Below, in pieces: positions 13,344 to 28,180 of a DNA stretch of 64,000 nucleotides. The DNA is from the human T2T-CHM13v2.0 reference genome, Homo sapiens. The translations under genes were made by a program, and so were the position numbers. How positions within the stretch are numbered: the stretch's first letter is position 1; the number at the start of each line of letters is the position of its first letter. The stretch lies in assembly GCF_009914755.1 (NCBI RefSeq), contig NC_060939.1; one strand, written 5' to 3'. The notes below the pieces were generated by a model that saw only the letters and a list, made by a program, of their open reading frames with translations, was not told where the DNA came from and did not search any database.

Positions 13344-15742
13344 TATGAATATTCTTAAAGTTATAATACCAAGAATGTTAGTGAGAAAGAAAATTGAACT
13401 GCTTTTTAATGACTAAAAAGTTAAGCTTTCATTCTGAAAATAGATCCTATCTTCAATCTAGCCTCACTAAATGGTGGTTTCTTAATCATTGGTTTAAAAT
13501 GCCCTGACTAGGCAATCTGCCTAGTTAAACATTAAAGTGAAGATAGTGAGAGGCTTCAAGATGGCTGACTAGAGGCATCTTGTACTCGCCTCCTCCCCTA
13601 AGAAGAACCAAAATAGTGAGTAGATAATTACACTTCGAATAGATCATCCAAGAGAGAACACTGAAATTTTACAGAAACGTGACACGCAACGCTTAAACAA
13701 GGAAGGAAAGAGAAGCAAGACAGAGCGCAAGGAAAGGTGGCTTAGAGACCCCCAGCAGACCAAATTTCCACTGTGTACTTCTGCAATCCTAGCCTCGGGA
13801 GAGCCCCAGAGCCTTGAGGGCCCAGAAACTAACACAGGGAAGTGCCTGGAGAAGACGTGATGGTATTGATCCAGGGAGGGAGATTGCGCTGGGTCACACA
13901 CTCCTCCTGAGTCCTAGGCAGCTACAGGAAGGTGCCATTTTGAGATCCCAGCCACAACAGACTGTGCACTGTCCTGGGGCCCCGTGGTACCAGGTCCGAG
14001 GCACAAGCAAGGAGCAGGCTGTTGCTGCCGGGGCTGAGGCACAAGTGAGGTATGGGCTGCTGCCACCGGGGCTGAGGAACAAGCAAGGCATGCATTCTCC
14101 ATTTGCCAGCCTAGGTTGCCACCACTAAAAGCAACCATGCCCTCCCCAGTGGCAGGGCCAACGTGTGGCCACTGCCACTCCTAACCCAAGCATTCCACCA
14201 GAGGCCTGGAAGTTGCCCCATCTCTGCCTATCATGACAGACACCTGCACACACCACTGGGGAACCCTGAGGACAAACTCACATGGCACCAGCTTCACCTC
14301 ACCCTTGCCAGAGCATGCAGTTCAGGGCACTGAAGATTACCCAGTCCACTACCATTGACACCTGACCACTCCTCCCAGGGGCCTACCCACCCTGCCACTA
14401 CCACAACAGCTTGCAATTACCTGTGCATGTCACCTGCAGGCCTGGGGACTAGCTCACACAGCCCATCACAGCTACCACCAACAGCAGTGTACACTGTTTA
14501 TTTTTGAATAAAATACAAAATACATTTGAAAGCTTCAACAATAGGGTAGATCAAGGAGAAGAAAGAATCTCAGAACTTGAAGAATGGTCTTTTGAAATAA
14601 ACCAGTTAGACAAAAATAAAAAAGAATGAGCAAACCCTAACTTGACACATAAAACACCATAAAGCAACCAAATATTCAAACTTTTTGAGTCCTAGAAGGC
14701 AAAGAGAAAAGAGTTAGAAAACCTATTTAATGAAATAACAGATAAAAATTTCCCAAGTCTGGCGAGAGATTTAGACATCCAGATACAAGAGGCTTAGAGA
14801 TCCCCAAATAGATATAATGCAAAGTTCTTCTCCATGACATATTATAGTCAAACTGTCAAAAACAGAGAGAGAATTCTAAAAACAGCAAGAGAAAAACATC
14901 TGGTTCCCTATAAAGGGACCCATATCAGACTAATAGTGGACTTCTCAGCAGAAACTTTACAGGCCAGGAGAGTATAGTATATGCAAAGTGCTGAAAGAAA
15001 AAACTGCCAATTAAGGATGCTATACCCAGCAAGATTATCCTTTATAAATGAAGGAGAAATAAAGTCTTTCCCAGACAAGCAAAAACTGAGGAAATTCATC
15101 ACCACCCAGAATCAAAGCCAACACATCCTATGCAACCAAACCATAGACACATATTCAGGATAAAGTCCTCCTCTCCCCTCTGCTCCCTACAAGAAATGCT
15201 TAAGGGAGTCCTACAGATGGAAGTGAAATAACAAAGAAATCAGTAAAACAATTCAAGATATGAATAAGGAATTTGCCAGAGAAAGAATGTTATTTACCAT
15301 TATGAAACATGTAAGAATGTAAGAACAACTGGTAGAGCAAATGCACAAACAAGGAAGAGAAAAGACTCAAATGTTATCACTACAGAAGCCACCAAACCAC
15401 AGTGTTAAACAATAATAAAGAAAAAAAACGACTAAAGGACTTACAAAACACCCAGGAATAATTTACTAAAATGATAAGAAAAAGCCATCACATATCAATA
15501 ATAACTTTGCACGTAAATGAATTAAACTTTCCACTTAAAAGATGTAGACTGGCTGAATGGATTTTTTAAAAGACCCAATTATTTACTGCCTATAAGAAAC
15601 AGATATCATGTGGAAAGACACATATAGACTGAAAGTAAAAAGATGGAAAAAGATATTCCAAGCAAACAAATCAAAAGTGAGCAGGAGTAGCTACACTTAG
15701 ATAACATGAACTTGAAGTAAAAAACAATAAAAAGAGACAAGA

Positions 15743-16185
15743 TATATTAGTCAGCATTCTCTAGAGGGACAGAACTAATAGGATATATAAAGGGGAGTTC
15801 CTTAAGTATTAACTCACAAGGGCCATCAATAGGACCCACAATAGGCCATCTGCAAGCTGAGGAGCAAGGAGAGACAGCATGAGTCCCAAAACTGAAGGAC
15901 TTGGAGTCTGATGTTCAAGGGCAGGAAGCATCCAGCATGGGAGAAAGACGTAGGCTGGGAGGCTAGGCCAGTCTATTTACATTTTTTTTTCTGCCTGCCT
16001 TGTATTCTAGCTGTGCTGGCAGCTGATTAGATGGTGCCCAGATTAAGGGTGGGTCTGACTCAGTCCCACCCAGTCCACTGACTCAAATGTTAATCTCCTT
16101 TGGCGACACCCTCACAGACACATCCAGGATAAATACTTTCCATCCTTCAATTCAATCAAGTTTATACTCAGTATTAACCATCACA
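15743..16185 (-). mobile_element. MLT2A (HERV-L) solo LTR nested in L1 ORF2
   Basis: tattagtcagcattctctagagggacagaactaatagga...ctgcaagctgaggagcaagg...cagtattaaccatcaca. L1 sequence resumes at gaaggtcatt. Confidence 0.85.
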
Positions 16186-16970
16186 GAAGGTCATTGTATA
16201 ATGATAAAGGGATCAATTTAGCAAGAGGATATAACAGTTCTAAATACATATGCACCCAACACTGGAGCACCCAGATATATAAAGCAAATTTTATTAGATT
16301 TAAAGGGAGAGACAGATTCCAATAAAATAATAGTTGGGGGCTTCAACAGCCCACTCTCAGCATTAAACAGATCATCTAGACAGAAAATTCACACAGAAAC
16401 ACTGGATATAAACTCCGCATTAGACCAAATGGGTCTGACAGACATTTATAGAACATTTCATCCAACAGCTACAGAACATACATTATTCTCATTGGCACAC
16501 ACAACATTCTCCAGGATAGACCATATATTGGGACACAAAATGTGTCTCAACAAGCTTTTGAAAATTGATATGTCACAATTTTATCAAACCACCAAAAACC
16601 AAGTCAATAACAAGAGGAACTGTGGAAACTGTACAAATACATGAAAATTAAACAACATGCTCCTGAATGACCTTGGGTCAAGGAAGAAATTAAGGAAGAA
16701 ATGAAAAAAATTCTTGAAACAAATGAAAATCAAAACATAACATTCCAAAATCTACGGGATACAACAAAAGCAGTGCTGAGAAGGAAGTTTATAGAAATAA
16801 GTGCCTACATCAAAAAAGTAGAAAGATTTAAAGTAAATAATCTAATAATGCACTTCAAGGAACTTAAAAAGCAAGATCAAACCAAAACCAAAATTAGTAG
16901 AAGGAAAGAAATAATAAACATCAAGGCAGAACTAAATGAAATTGACACTAAAAAAACAATATAAAGGATT

Positions 16971-17277
16971 AGCCAGGTGCAGTGGCTCACACCTGTAATC
17001 CCAGCACTTTGGGAGGTCAAGGCAAGCAGATCACAAGGTCAGAAGATTGAGACCATCCTGGCTAACATGGTGAAAACCCGTCTCTACTAAAAATACAAAA
17101 TATTAGCTGGGCGTGGTGGCATGCATCTGTAATCCCAGCTACTCAGGAGGCTGAGGCAGGAGAATCACTTGAACCTGGGAAGGGGAGGTTGCAGTGAGCT
17201 GAGACTACGCCACTACCCTCCAGCCTGGGCGACAGAGTGAGACTCCATCTCAAAATAAATAAATAAATAAATAATAA
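16971..17277 (+). mobile_element. AluSc-like, nested in L1, with (TAAA)n tail
   Basis: gagaccatcctggctaacatgg; TSD aaacaata(t/c)a(a/g)aggat. Confidence 0.9.
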
Positions 17278-19361
17278 ACAATACAGAGGATCAACAAAAT
17301 GAAGAGTTGGCTTTTTGAAAAGAACCAAAATTGATAAACCACTTGCTAGACTAAGCAAAAAAAAAAGATCCAAATAAAATCAGAAACGAAAAAGGAGACA
17401 TTATAACAGATACTCAGAAATACACAAGATCATCAGATACTATCATGAGCAACTATATACAGTAAACTGGAAAATCTAGAGAAAATGGAAAGATTCAATA
17501 TATATAACCTACCAAGATTGAACCAGGAAGAGAGAAAACCTAAACAGTCCAGTAACAAGTAATGAGATCAAAGAAGTAATAAAAGTCTCCCAACAAAGAA
17601 AAGTCCAGGACTAGATGGCTTCACTACTGAATTCTACCAAACTTTCAAAGAAGAGCTAACACCAATTGCCAACAAACTTTTCCAAAAAATTGAAGAGGAG
17701 GAGATTCTCCCTAACTCATTCTATGAGGCCAGCATTACCCAGATGCCAAAACCAGACAAGGATGCAACAAAAAAGAAAACTACAGACCAATATACCTGAT
17801 GAACATAGACACAAAAATCCTCAAAAATACTAGCAAATCAAATCCAACAGCATACCACAAAGATAATACACCATGATCAAGTGGGATTCATCCCAGGGAT
17901 GCAAGGATGGTTTGACATACGCAAATCAGTAAACAGCATCCATCACATTAACAGAATGAAGGACCAAAACCATATGATCTCTCAACTCATGCAGAAAAAG
18001 TGTTTAATAAAACTCAACATCCCTTCCTGATAAAAACTCTCAACAAACTAGGCAGAGAAGGCATACCTCACCATAATAAAGGACATGTATGACAAACCCA
18101 CAGCTAACACCATACTGAATGGGGAAAAGCTGAAAGCCTTTCCTCTAAGAACTGGAACAAGACAAAGATGCCCACTTTCATGACTCTTATTCAATATAAT
18201 ACTGGAAATCCTAGCCAGAGTGATTAGGCAAGAGAAAGAAATATATGGCATCCAAATTGGAAAAGAGGAACTCAAACTGTCCCTCTTTGCTGATGATATG
18301 ATCTGTGATCTTATATCTAGAAAAACCTAAAGACTCCACCAAAAAACTCTTTGTTGAGAAAATAATTCAGTAAAGTTACAGGATACAAAATTAACATACA
18401 AAAATCAGTAGTGTTATTAATAATAAACTAGCCAAGAGAGAAATAAGAAAGGTAATTCCATTTACAATAGTGACAAAAAAATATACCTAGGAGTAATTTA
18501 ACCAAGGAGGTGAAAGATCTCTGCAAGGAAAACTACAAAGTACTGATAAAAGAAATTGAAGAGTACACAACCAAATGGAAAGACATCGCATCTCATGACT
18601 GGAAGAATTAGTATCATTAAAATGACCATACTCTTTAAAGCAATCTACAAATGCAGTGCAATCTCTATTAAAATATCAACATCATTTTTTCACAGAATTA
18701 GACAAAGCAATTTTAAAATTTGTATAGAACCAGGAAAAAAAAAAAAACACCTGAATAGCCAAAGCAATCATGAGCAAAAAGAACAAAGCTAGACGCAGAT
18801 ATAGTAAACAAAACAGGATGGTATTTGTATAAAAACAAACACATAGACCAATGCAACAGAATAGAGAATCCAGAAATAAATTTGCATGTTTACAGACAAC
18901 TGATTTTCAACAAAGGCACCAAGGTCATACATTGGGGAAAGGTCAGTCTCTCCAACAAATTGTACTAGTAAAATTGGAAATTCATATGCAGAAGAATGAA
19001 ACTGGACCCCTATCTCTCACCATATAGAAAAATCAACTTAAAATAGATTAAAGACTTAAAGGTAAGATCTGAAACTATTAAAATACTAGAAAAAATATAG
19101 AGAAAACACTTCAGGACACTGGTCTAGGCAAAGATTTCATGGCTAAGACCTTGAAAGCACAGGCAACAAAAAGAAAAATAGACAAATGGGACTTTATTAG
19201 ACTAAAAAACTTTGACACAGCAAAGAAAACTATCAACAGAGTGAAGAAACAGCCTGTTATAAGGGAAAAAATATTTGCAAACTATTCATTTTTCTAGAGA
19301 CTAATATCCAGAATATACAAGGAACTCAAATAACAATCAATCCCATTAAAAAGTGGGCAAA

Positions 19362-19660
<299 letters not shown>

Positions 19661-19739
19661 AAGTGGGCAAAGGACATGAAGAGCCACTTCTCAAAAGAAG
19701 ACATACAAAATGCCCTCTGTCTCAAAAAAAAAAAAAAAG

Positions 19740-20945
19740 TTACTTAAAGTCTGTGTCTAGTAAGTCTAACGTCTGTGCTGCCTCAGCGATGGTTTCTGTC
19801 AATTTATTTTTCCCACTGCTTTCCTATTTCTTTGTATGCTTTGTGGGTTTTTGTTGTTGTTGAAAACTGGACATTTGACTATTATAATGTGTTATCTCTG
19901 GAAAACAAATATTTACATTCCCTAGAGTTTGCTGTTCTTGATTGTTGATGGCTTAACTTTTGTACAGCCAGGGTTTTTACCGAAATTTCCCTGAACATGG
20001 GGAACTTAAAAAACAAACAAAAAACTTTTTCCAATCTTTGCATCTGAGTTTTTGCAGGAGCACCCCTTTAACACTTAATAAGGCCATTTGAAATTCTTCC
20101 TCAGCAGTCATTTCCTGGTTGCACTGAGTCTATATATCAACCAGTGGTGGAATCTTAGGCTGTTCTCAGTTCTCTGAACATGCATCCTGTCCCAGACATG
20201 TGTGTTGCTTTCTAAGTTGCCCTATATACAGAGCACTTTTGAATTTGAATGCCCTAATTTCCCAACAATTCTCTCTCCCTGGCTTTTACTCCCAGGCTTT
20301 AGGAAAGTTATTCTATGTACCAACTGTACTCTTCGGCCCCAGGCAGTTGCAGTTTGTTTGTTTGCCTTACAATGTTTAAACAACGCCTGCTGCTTTTCTA
20401 CAGTGGGTTACAGTGTGAAAACAGAAATGAGCACTTTGTTTCAGTTTTTCAGGTAACACCCAGGCAGGTTAGAATAGACATACCTAATAATTGTGTATAA
20501 AGTTGGCTCTGCTCTCTATAAACAAGGACCGGAGTCCCACCCTGGGAAGGTGGGCTGCTGTCGCTAAGACTGCTATTGAGTCAGGGAAGGGTTCATAAAG
20601 TTTTCTTTCCATTTTCAAGTTGCCTTAGAAAAAAAATTGGCTGGGCGTGTTGGCTTACCCTATAATCAGAGCACTTTGGGAGGCTAAGGCAGGAGGATTA
20701 CTTGAGCCCAGGAATTCAAGACCAGCCTGGGCAATGTGATGAAACCTTGTCTCTAAAAACATAAAAAATTTAAAAGGTAATAAATAATTTTTTAAAATGA
20801 GCATTTGCTTGGTTGCTGTAAATCTTTAACTATTTCCCAAAGTTCTGATAAAGTTGCTCTGACAATTTCTGGTTATTTGTTCAATATTTCTGTGGCGGTG
20901 TGAAAGTTTGTAGCTGCCTATTTCTCCATTTTGCTGATGTCCCTC
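19740..20945 (-). mobile_element. Ancient L1M 5'-end fragment, containing an Alu monomer (FLAM, ~20639-20770, +)
   Basis: Ends ctccattttgctgatgtc (reverse complement gacatcagcaaaatggag, L1M 5'-start-like); T-rich antisense composition. Confidence 0.55.
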
Positions 20946-20980
20946 TCTCCACAAATTCGGACATATTGCATCTTCATTAT

Positions 20981-20981
<1 letters not shown>

Positions 20982-21020
<39 letters not shown>
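20982..21020. repeat. (CA)n microsatellite
   Basis: About 19 uninterrupted CA units. Confidence 0.97.
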
Positions 21021-21022
<2 letters not shown>

Positions 21023-21228
21023 CTAAAAAAGTAATAATAATGTAATTATAGAGATGGAGAACAGGCTAGTAGTTCTCTGGGAATTACGGATGGGTAGAGA
21101 GGATGGGTGTTATCGATGTCAATGTTTCAATATATGCAATATATGTATGTACATATATACATACACACATATATGTATACACACATAAACACATACACAT
21201 ATGTATACTTTTCATATATGTACACATA

Positions 21229-21912
<684 letters not shown>

Positions 21913-21924
21913 ATATACACCTAC

Positions 21925-22800
21925 TTTTTATTTTGAAATAATTGTAGAGTCACCTGCAAGAGAAATGTACAGGGAAGTCACATGTACCCTTCTCTCAGTC
22001 TCCTGCAATGTTAACATCCTATGCAACTATAATACAATATCACAACCAAAAAATTGACATCAATATCACCCATCCTTTCTACCCTTCCCTAATCCCCAGA
22101 GAATGACTAGCCTGTTCTCTATCTCAATAATTATGTTATTATTATTATTATTTTTAGACACAGGGGTCTTGCTATGTCGCCCAGGTTGGTCTTGAACTCC
22201 TAGGCTCAAGCGATCCACCTGACTCAGCCTCCCAAAGTGCAGGGAGTATGGGTGCGAGCCACCAAGCCCAGCCTATGTCTATAATTATGTTATTACATGA
22301 TTGTTACATAAAGGCAATAATGTACTATGTATTCTTTTGAAATTATTTTTTTTAACCCAGCATAATTTCCTAGAGATTTATCCAAGGTGTTGTATTGTTT
22401 TTTCATTGCTGATTAGTAGTCCATGGTATGTATGTATCGCAGTTTTAGCCATTTATTCATCAAAGGAGATTTGGGTAGTTTCCAGTTTTGGACTCATAAA
22501 TACAGCTGCTATGAACATTCTTCTACAAACTTCTGTGTGAAAATGTCATTTCTCTGTCTAAGGGTGCAAATGCTGAGTTGTACAATAAGTACATCTTGTT
22601 TTCAAAGGAAGTACCAAACTATTTTCCATAGTGGCTGTACCTTTCCTACCAACATGCATGTTGGTATTCATATCTAAGTGTGTGATCCATATCTAAGAAG
22701 ACTATGTCTAACTCAATAACATAGGGATTTTCATCTAATAATTTTTTAATTTTAATTTTTAAATTCAGGTCTATGATTCATTTTGAGTTTTTTCATTTTT
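21925..22800 (-). mobile_element. Ancient L1 (L1MC/ME-like) 3' fragments with an Alu monomer (~22140-22273)
   Basis: ttttattttgaaataattgtagagtcac...gctgctatgaacatt...ccaaactattttccatagtggctgtacc. Confidence 0.65.
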
Positions 22801-22890
22801 TTTTTGTATTGGCTGAAGGCCACAATAATCTTAGGGTCCCATGAAAATGCTTTAAATCTTTTCAAATAATAAGAACAAATTAAGTGCAAT

Positions 22891-24434
22891 TGATGGCAGC
22901 AGCGGGCTGTCCACGGCGGTCGCTGTCATCAGGTCAGCTGCTGTGGGGAGGGTGCCAGGAGGAGGCAGAGCTGGGCTGGAGTAATGCTGTGCTCCACAGA
23001 GCCAGCAGGAGCCAGGGTAAGCGAGAGCCCCCCCGCCAAGCCTGCCACGTTGGGTGCCACTGCAATGGGGCTGAGCTGAGCCACCTGCCAGCAGGGAGCA
23101 GCATGGTTGGGCACAGAGGGGTGGGCAGAGAGGGGCCCAGTAAGGACCTGGAGCTGCAAGGAGGCATGGCCAGGGCTGCCTGCATGCTGCTCCACAGAGT
23201 AGGCAGGCGGGAGTCCTACCCTCCCAGGCACAGGACCTGGGCATCTCTGCAGTCTGCACCCTTGGGGTCCTGGGAAAGTCCCCCTCCCCCCTCAGGCTTG
23301 GGGGGTGTCTGCTCCTGCTGCCTGGCCTCTCCCTGCCCCTGGTGCCTGCTCCAATCTCAGAGCAGGGTTGGGGCTGAGCCCAGGCACTGTTACAGTCTGG
23401 CCAGGTGTGTGCACACTTGGAGCAGAGCTGACACACCAGCCCCCTGCTGTCTTGGTCCTTTCCGGAATTTGGGCCCCAAGGAGCTCTGGGGGGAAGCCGA
23501 GGGGCGCCTGAGGGCAACCCAGCACTGGCCTACAGGTGCCCTTTTGCACAAGCAGCCTGGGCACCATGGATGGTGGCAGGAGGCAGATCGGCTCCTGGGT
23601 GGAAGAGGACAGGTTACTGGTGAAGCCCCACCTTCAGGCCAGGCTGCTAGTACTGCTGACTGGAGTGGGAACTTGTGGTGCCTTTTCCAGGCCCTCCCAT
23701 GGCCGCCCACAGACCAATTGGCAGCACTTCCTCCCATCTGAGGCCCATAAAAGCCCTGGGCTCAGCCAGAGCACTGCAGATGATGAGACGTCCAGCTGCA
23801 GAGAGGAGCTACCCTCTCTGCTGATAGCTGAACACTTGTCAGGATGACTAGCTGCAGAAGGAGCTACCCTCTTTGCTTCTAGAACTCAACACTTGTTGGG
23901 ATGACTTGCCTAGCAGAGAGGAGCCATCCCCATCTCGCCACCTTGCAGGCAAAGAGGAGGAAAGAAGAGCTGTGGCCCTTCGGGGAGCTCAGACCTGGGA
24001 GCTCTTCAAGCCAGGGCTGTCACTCCCTCCTTGGAGCCCTTCGGTTCCTGGTGTCTCCAAGCTTCCAGGCACCACCATGTTCCCTGGTGCCAGGAATGGA
24101 AGCTGCTTGCATGTGCCTGGTCCAGCTGCAGCCTTGCAGAGAGCCAGCGTGCAAGCTGGCACCTAGAATTGCTCACCCTGCTGAGGCAGCCGGCATGTCT
24201 GACTGCACAGTTGGACTCCATGCTCACTCACACACCCCTCACCCCTCACCCCTCACCACTTCATGCAGTCTCCCTCGGCAGGGGAGGGATCCTGGTTGGT
24301 AGTGTGAGCCGAGCGCAGCCTGCAAAGCCAAGTGGGCAGAGTGAGCCCAGCGGGCCTGAGCAAAACTTGGACAAAGGTGCCACTGGCCACAGAGGTTTCC
24401 AGCCAAAAACCAACACCCCAAAGATCCACTAACA
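22891..24434 (+). mobile_element. MER52-family ERV1 solo LTR (~1.54 kb, GC-rich)
   Basis: tgatggcagcagcggg...ccccaaagatccactaaca with TG...CA ends; 4-bp TSD caat/taat; internal gctgcagagaggagctaccctct repeats. Confidence 0.85.
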
Positions 24435-24491
24435 TAATCAGTTGGGATTACATTTGTATTTATAGCAACACAGTTTTAAAACATAATTTTT

Positions 24492-25350
<859 letters not shown>

Positions 25351-25389
25351 AAAAGAGCAAATATAATTAAATTTTTTAATAGAAGAATG

Positions 25390-26279
25390 TACCTCTGATG
25401 TTCTTCCTGACACTAAATACATGGTGACTTTCCACACCAATTCTTCAATTCTCTGTCAGCAACTGGGTGGCCTACAAGTCATTTCAATTCTGACGTCAAC
25501 TCCAGGAGTTAGTTCAGATCCCACAAATTAATGGCTCAGTCCCACAAGGATACCCTCCTTCAGACACCAGTCACAAGTTCCTTAGGCCACCTGCACTCCG
25601 ACTGACCAGCTGTGAAGTCAAGGCTTCCTATAATTCCCTCCTCATGGTGAATAATTCACTAGAATGACTCACAGAACTGAGGAAAATGTGTTTCTTACAT
25701 TTACTAGTTTATTATGAAGGATGCCACTCAAATAACTGAATGGAAGAGATGCACAGGGCAATGTAAAGGGGGACTATGCAGAGCTTCCGTGCCCTGTTGC
25801 TCTTCCCCACAGTACTCTCGTGTGTTTGCCAGTGCAGAACCTCTTCTATCTCTTGTTGAAGAATTTATAACTCAATCACCAGCCCCTTCTTCTCCCTGGA
25901 GGTAGGGCATGGGGTGAGGCTGAAAGTTCCCACTTTTCAATTATTTTGGGGGTGGAAGGAGGAGGTCTCTCTCTGTTACCCAGCCTGGTGTTCAATGGTG
26001 TGAACACAGCCTACTGCAGCCCTGACTTCCTGTGCTCAAGCGATCCTCCCACCTTGGCCTCCCAAAGTACTGGGATTACAGGTGTGAGCCACCATACCCA
26101 GCCCCCTTCTAATTTTGTGGGGATCAGCACCCATCCTGAAGCCATCTAGGGGCCCCACTCCATGTCACCTCATTAGGTGTGATTGAAAGAGGCTTGTTAT
26201 GAAAAACAAAAGATACTCCTGTTAGAAAATTCCATGTGTTTTAGGAGCTCTGTCTCAGGAACGAGGGACAAAGCCCAAA
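25390..26279. mobile_element. MER21-like LTR, interrupted by a deleted Alu (~25950-26103, -)
   Basis: caactgggtggcctacaa...tcaattctgac...cagatcccaca...gctcagtcccacaag...ctagaatgactcacagaact...ggcttgttatgaaaaacaaaagatactcct. Confidence 0.7.
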
Positions 26280-26281
26280 TA

Positions 26282-26700
26282 CAGTTGATCTTTGCACAAC
26301 CAGGGGATTAGGGGAGCTGACCCTTCACACAATAGAAAATTTACGCATAACTATCACTCCCCAAAAACTTAATTATTAATAGCTTACTGTTGACAAGAAG
26401 CCTTACCAATAACATAAACAATTAGTACATACATTGTATATTATATGTGTTATGTATTGCATTCTTAGAGTAAGCTAGAGAAAAGAAAATGTGATTACAA
26501 AAGTCATACGGAAGATTGTTCATTAAGCAGATGTGGATCATTATAAAGATCTTCATCCTTGTCTTCACATTGAGTAGGCTGAGATGGAGGAGAAAGACCA
26601 GGGGTTGGTCTTGCTGTTTCAGAGGTGTCACAGGCAGGGAAAAAAGCCACCTACGAGTGGATCTGCGCAGTTCAAACTCGTGTTGTTCAAGCGTCAACTG
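26282..26700. mobile_element. Tigger2a-like DNA transposon
   Basis: Terminal inverted repeats cagttgatctttgcacaac and gttgttcaagcgtcaactg, each flanked by TA. Confidence 0.8.
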
Positions 26701-26953
26701 TATATACATTTACTGTAGCATAGAAACCAAGAAAGCAAAAGTGCCTAGGGCCATGGAAGTCATAACGTGGCCCTTTGAGTTAGGCAGTTTTACCAGCAGT
26801 TTTGAGACTATGGCAGCTTGGAATGGGTCCAAAAATAAGCATCAGTGGATGATGGTAGTGGAGATGCAGTGAAATGAACTGGCTTGGGCTTTGATTTAGA
26901 GTCAGTTGGACCGGCTGATGGATTCATTTGAGAGGTGAATGAAAGAGAAATCA

Positions 26954-27305
<352 letters not shown>

Positions 27306-27611
27306 AAATTCGAAACCTTGCTGGCTCTCTTTTAATAGGTTTTCTTTTTCAATATTTAAGGAATTTTTTTTTTCTTTTAAGCTGCTGATAACTTACAGCA
27401 ATTTGGTAAGGCATACTTTTGCAACCAAAAATTCAAAGATTTGCTTTTCCTTCCTACCTAATTCCTCCAAAATCTGGAAACTATTCATGAAGATTCTTAT
27501 TTTTATGACAATATGGTTATTTGCATAAGTTCAATAAGAAGCTCTTCTCTTCAACAAAATACAACTGGAAATATTGGTTATATTACCAAAGCTTTGACTG
27601 CAATGTCATAT

Positions 27612-28016
27612 TGTATTAATCTGTTCTCACCCTGCTATGAAGACATACCTGAGACTGGGTAATTTATAAAGAAAAGAGGTTTAATTGACTCACAGTTCCA
27701 CATGACTGGGAATGCCTCAGGAAACTTACAATCATGGTGGAAGGTACCTCTTCACGGGGTGGCAGGAGAGAGAATGGTTGCCGAGCAAAGGGGGAAGCCC
27801 CTTATAAAACCATCAGATCTCGTGAGAACTCACTATTACAAGCACAGCATGGCGGAATTCCCTCCCACCCCACTGCCAGTGCTGTTCCTTCATTCATTCA
27901 TTATCAATTGAATTGATGCCGATTCAATTATATCCACCTAGTCCTGCCCTTGACACTTGGGGATTATTACAATTCAAGGTGACATTTGGTTGGGGACACA
28001 GACCCAAACCATATCA
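27612..28016 (-). mobile_element. THE1 (THE1D/C-like) solo LTR nested in the ERV internal sequence
   Basis: tgtattaatctgttctcac...gagactgggtaatttataaagaaaagagg...aaaccatatca. Confidence 0.88.
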
Positions 28017-28180
28017 TATATATATATATACGTATATATATATATTCATATATATATACATATATATATATTCATATATATATACATATATATTCATATA
28101 TATACATATATATATGAATATATATATTCATATATATATTCATATATATATGAATATATATATGAATATATATATATATA
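28017..28180. repeat. Interrupted (TA)n microsatellite
   Basis: About 165 bp of TA repeats with ttca, tgaa and taca interruptions. Confidence 0.95.

Noticed and set aside
22852-24435. Dense stack of overlapping ORFs up to 285 aa
   Set aside because: All lie within the GC-rich MER52 LTR, where stop codons are rare by composition. They occur on both strands and show no recognisable domain.
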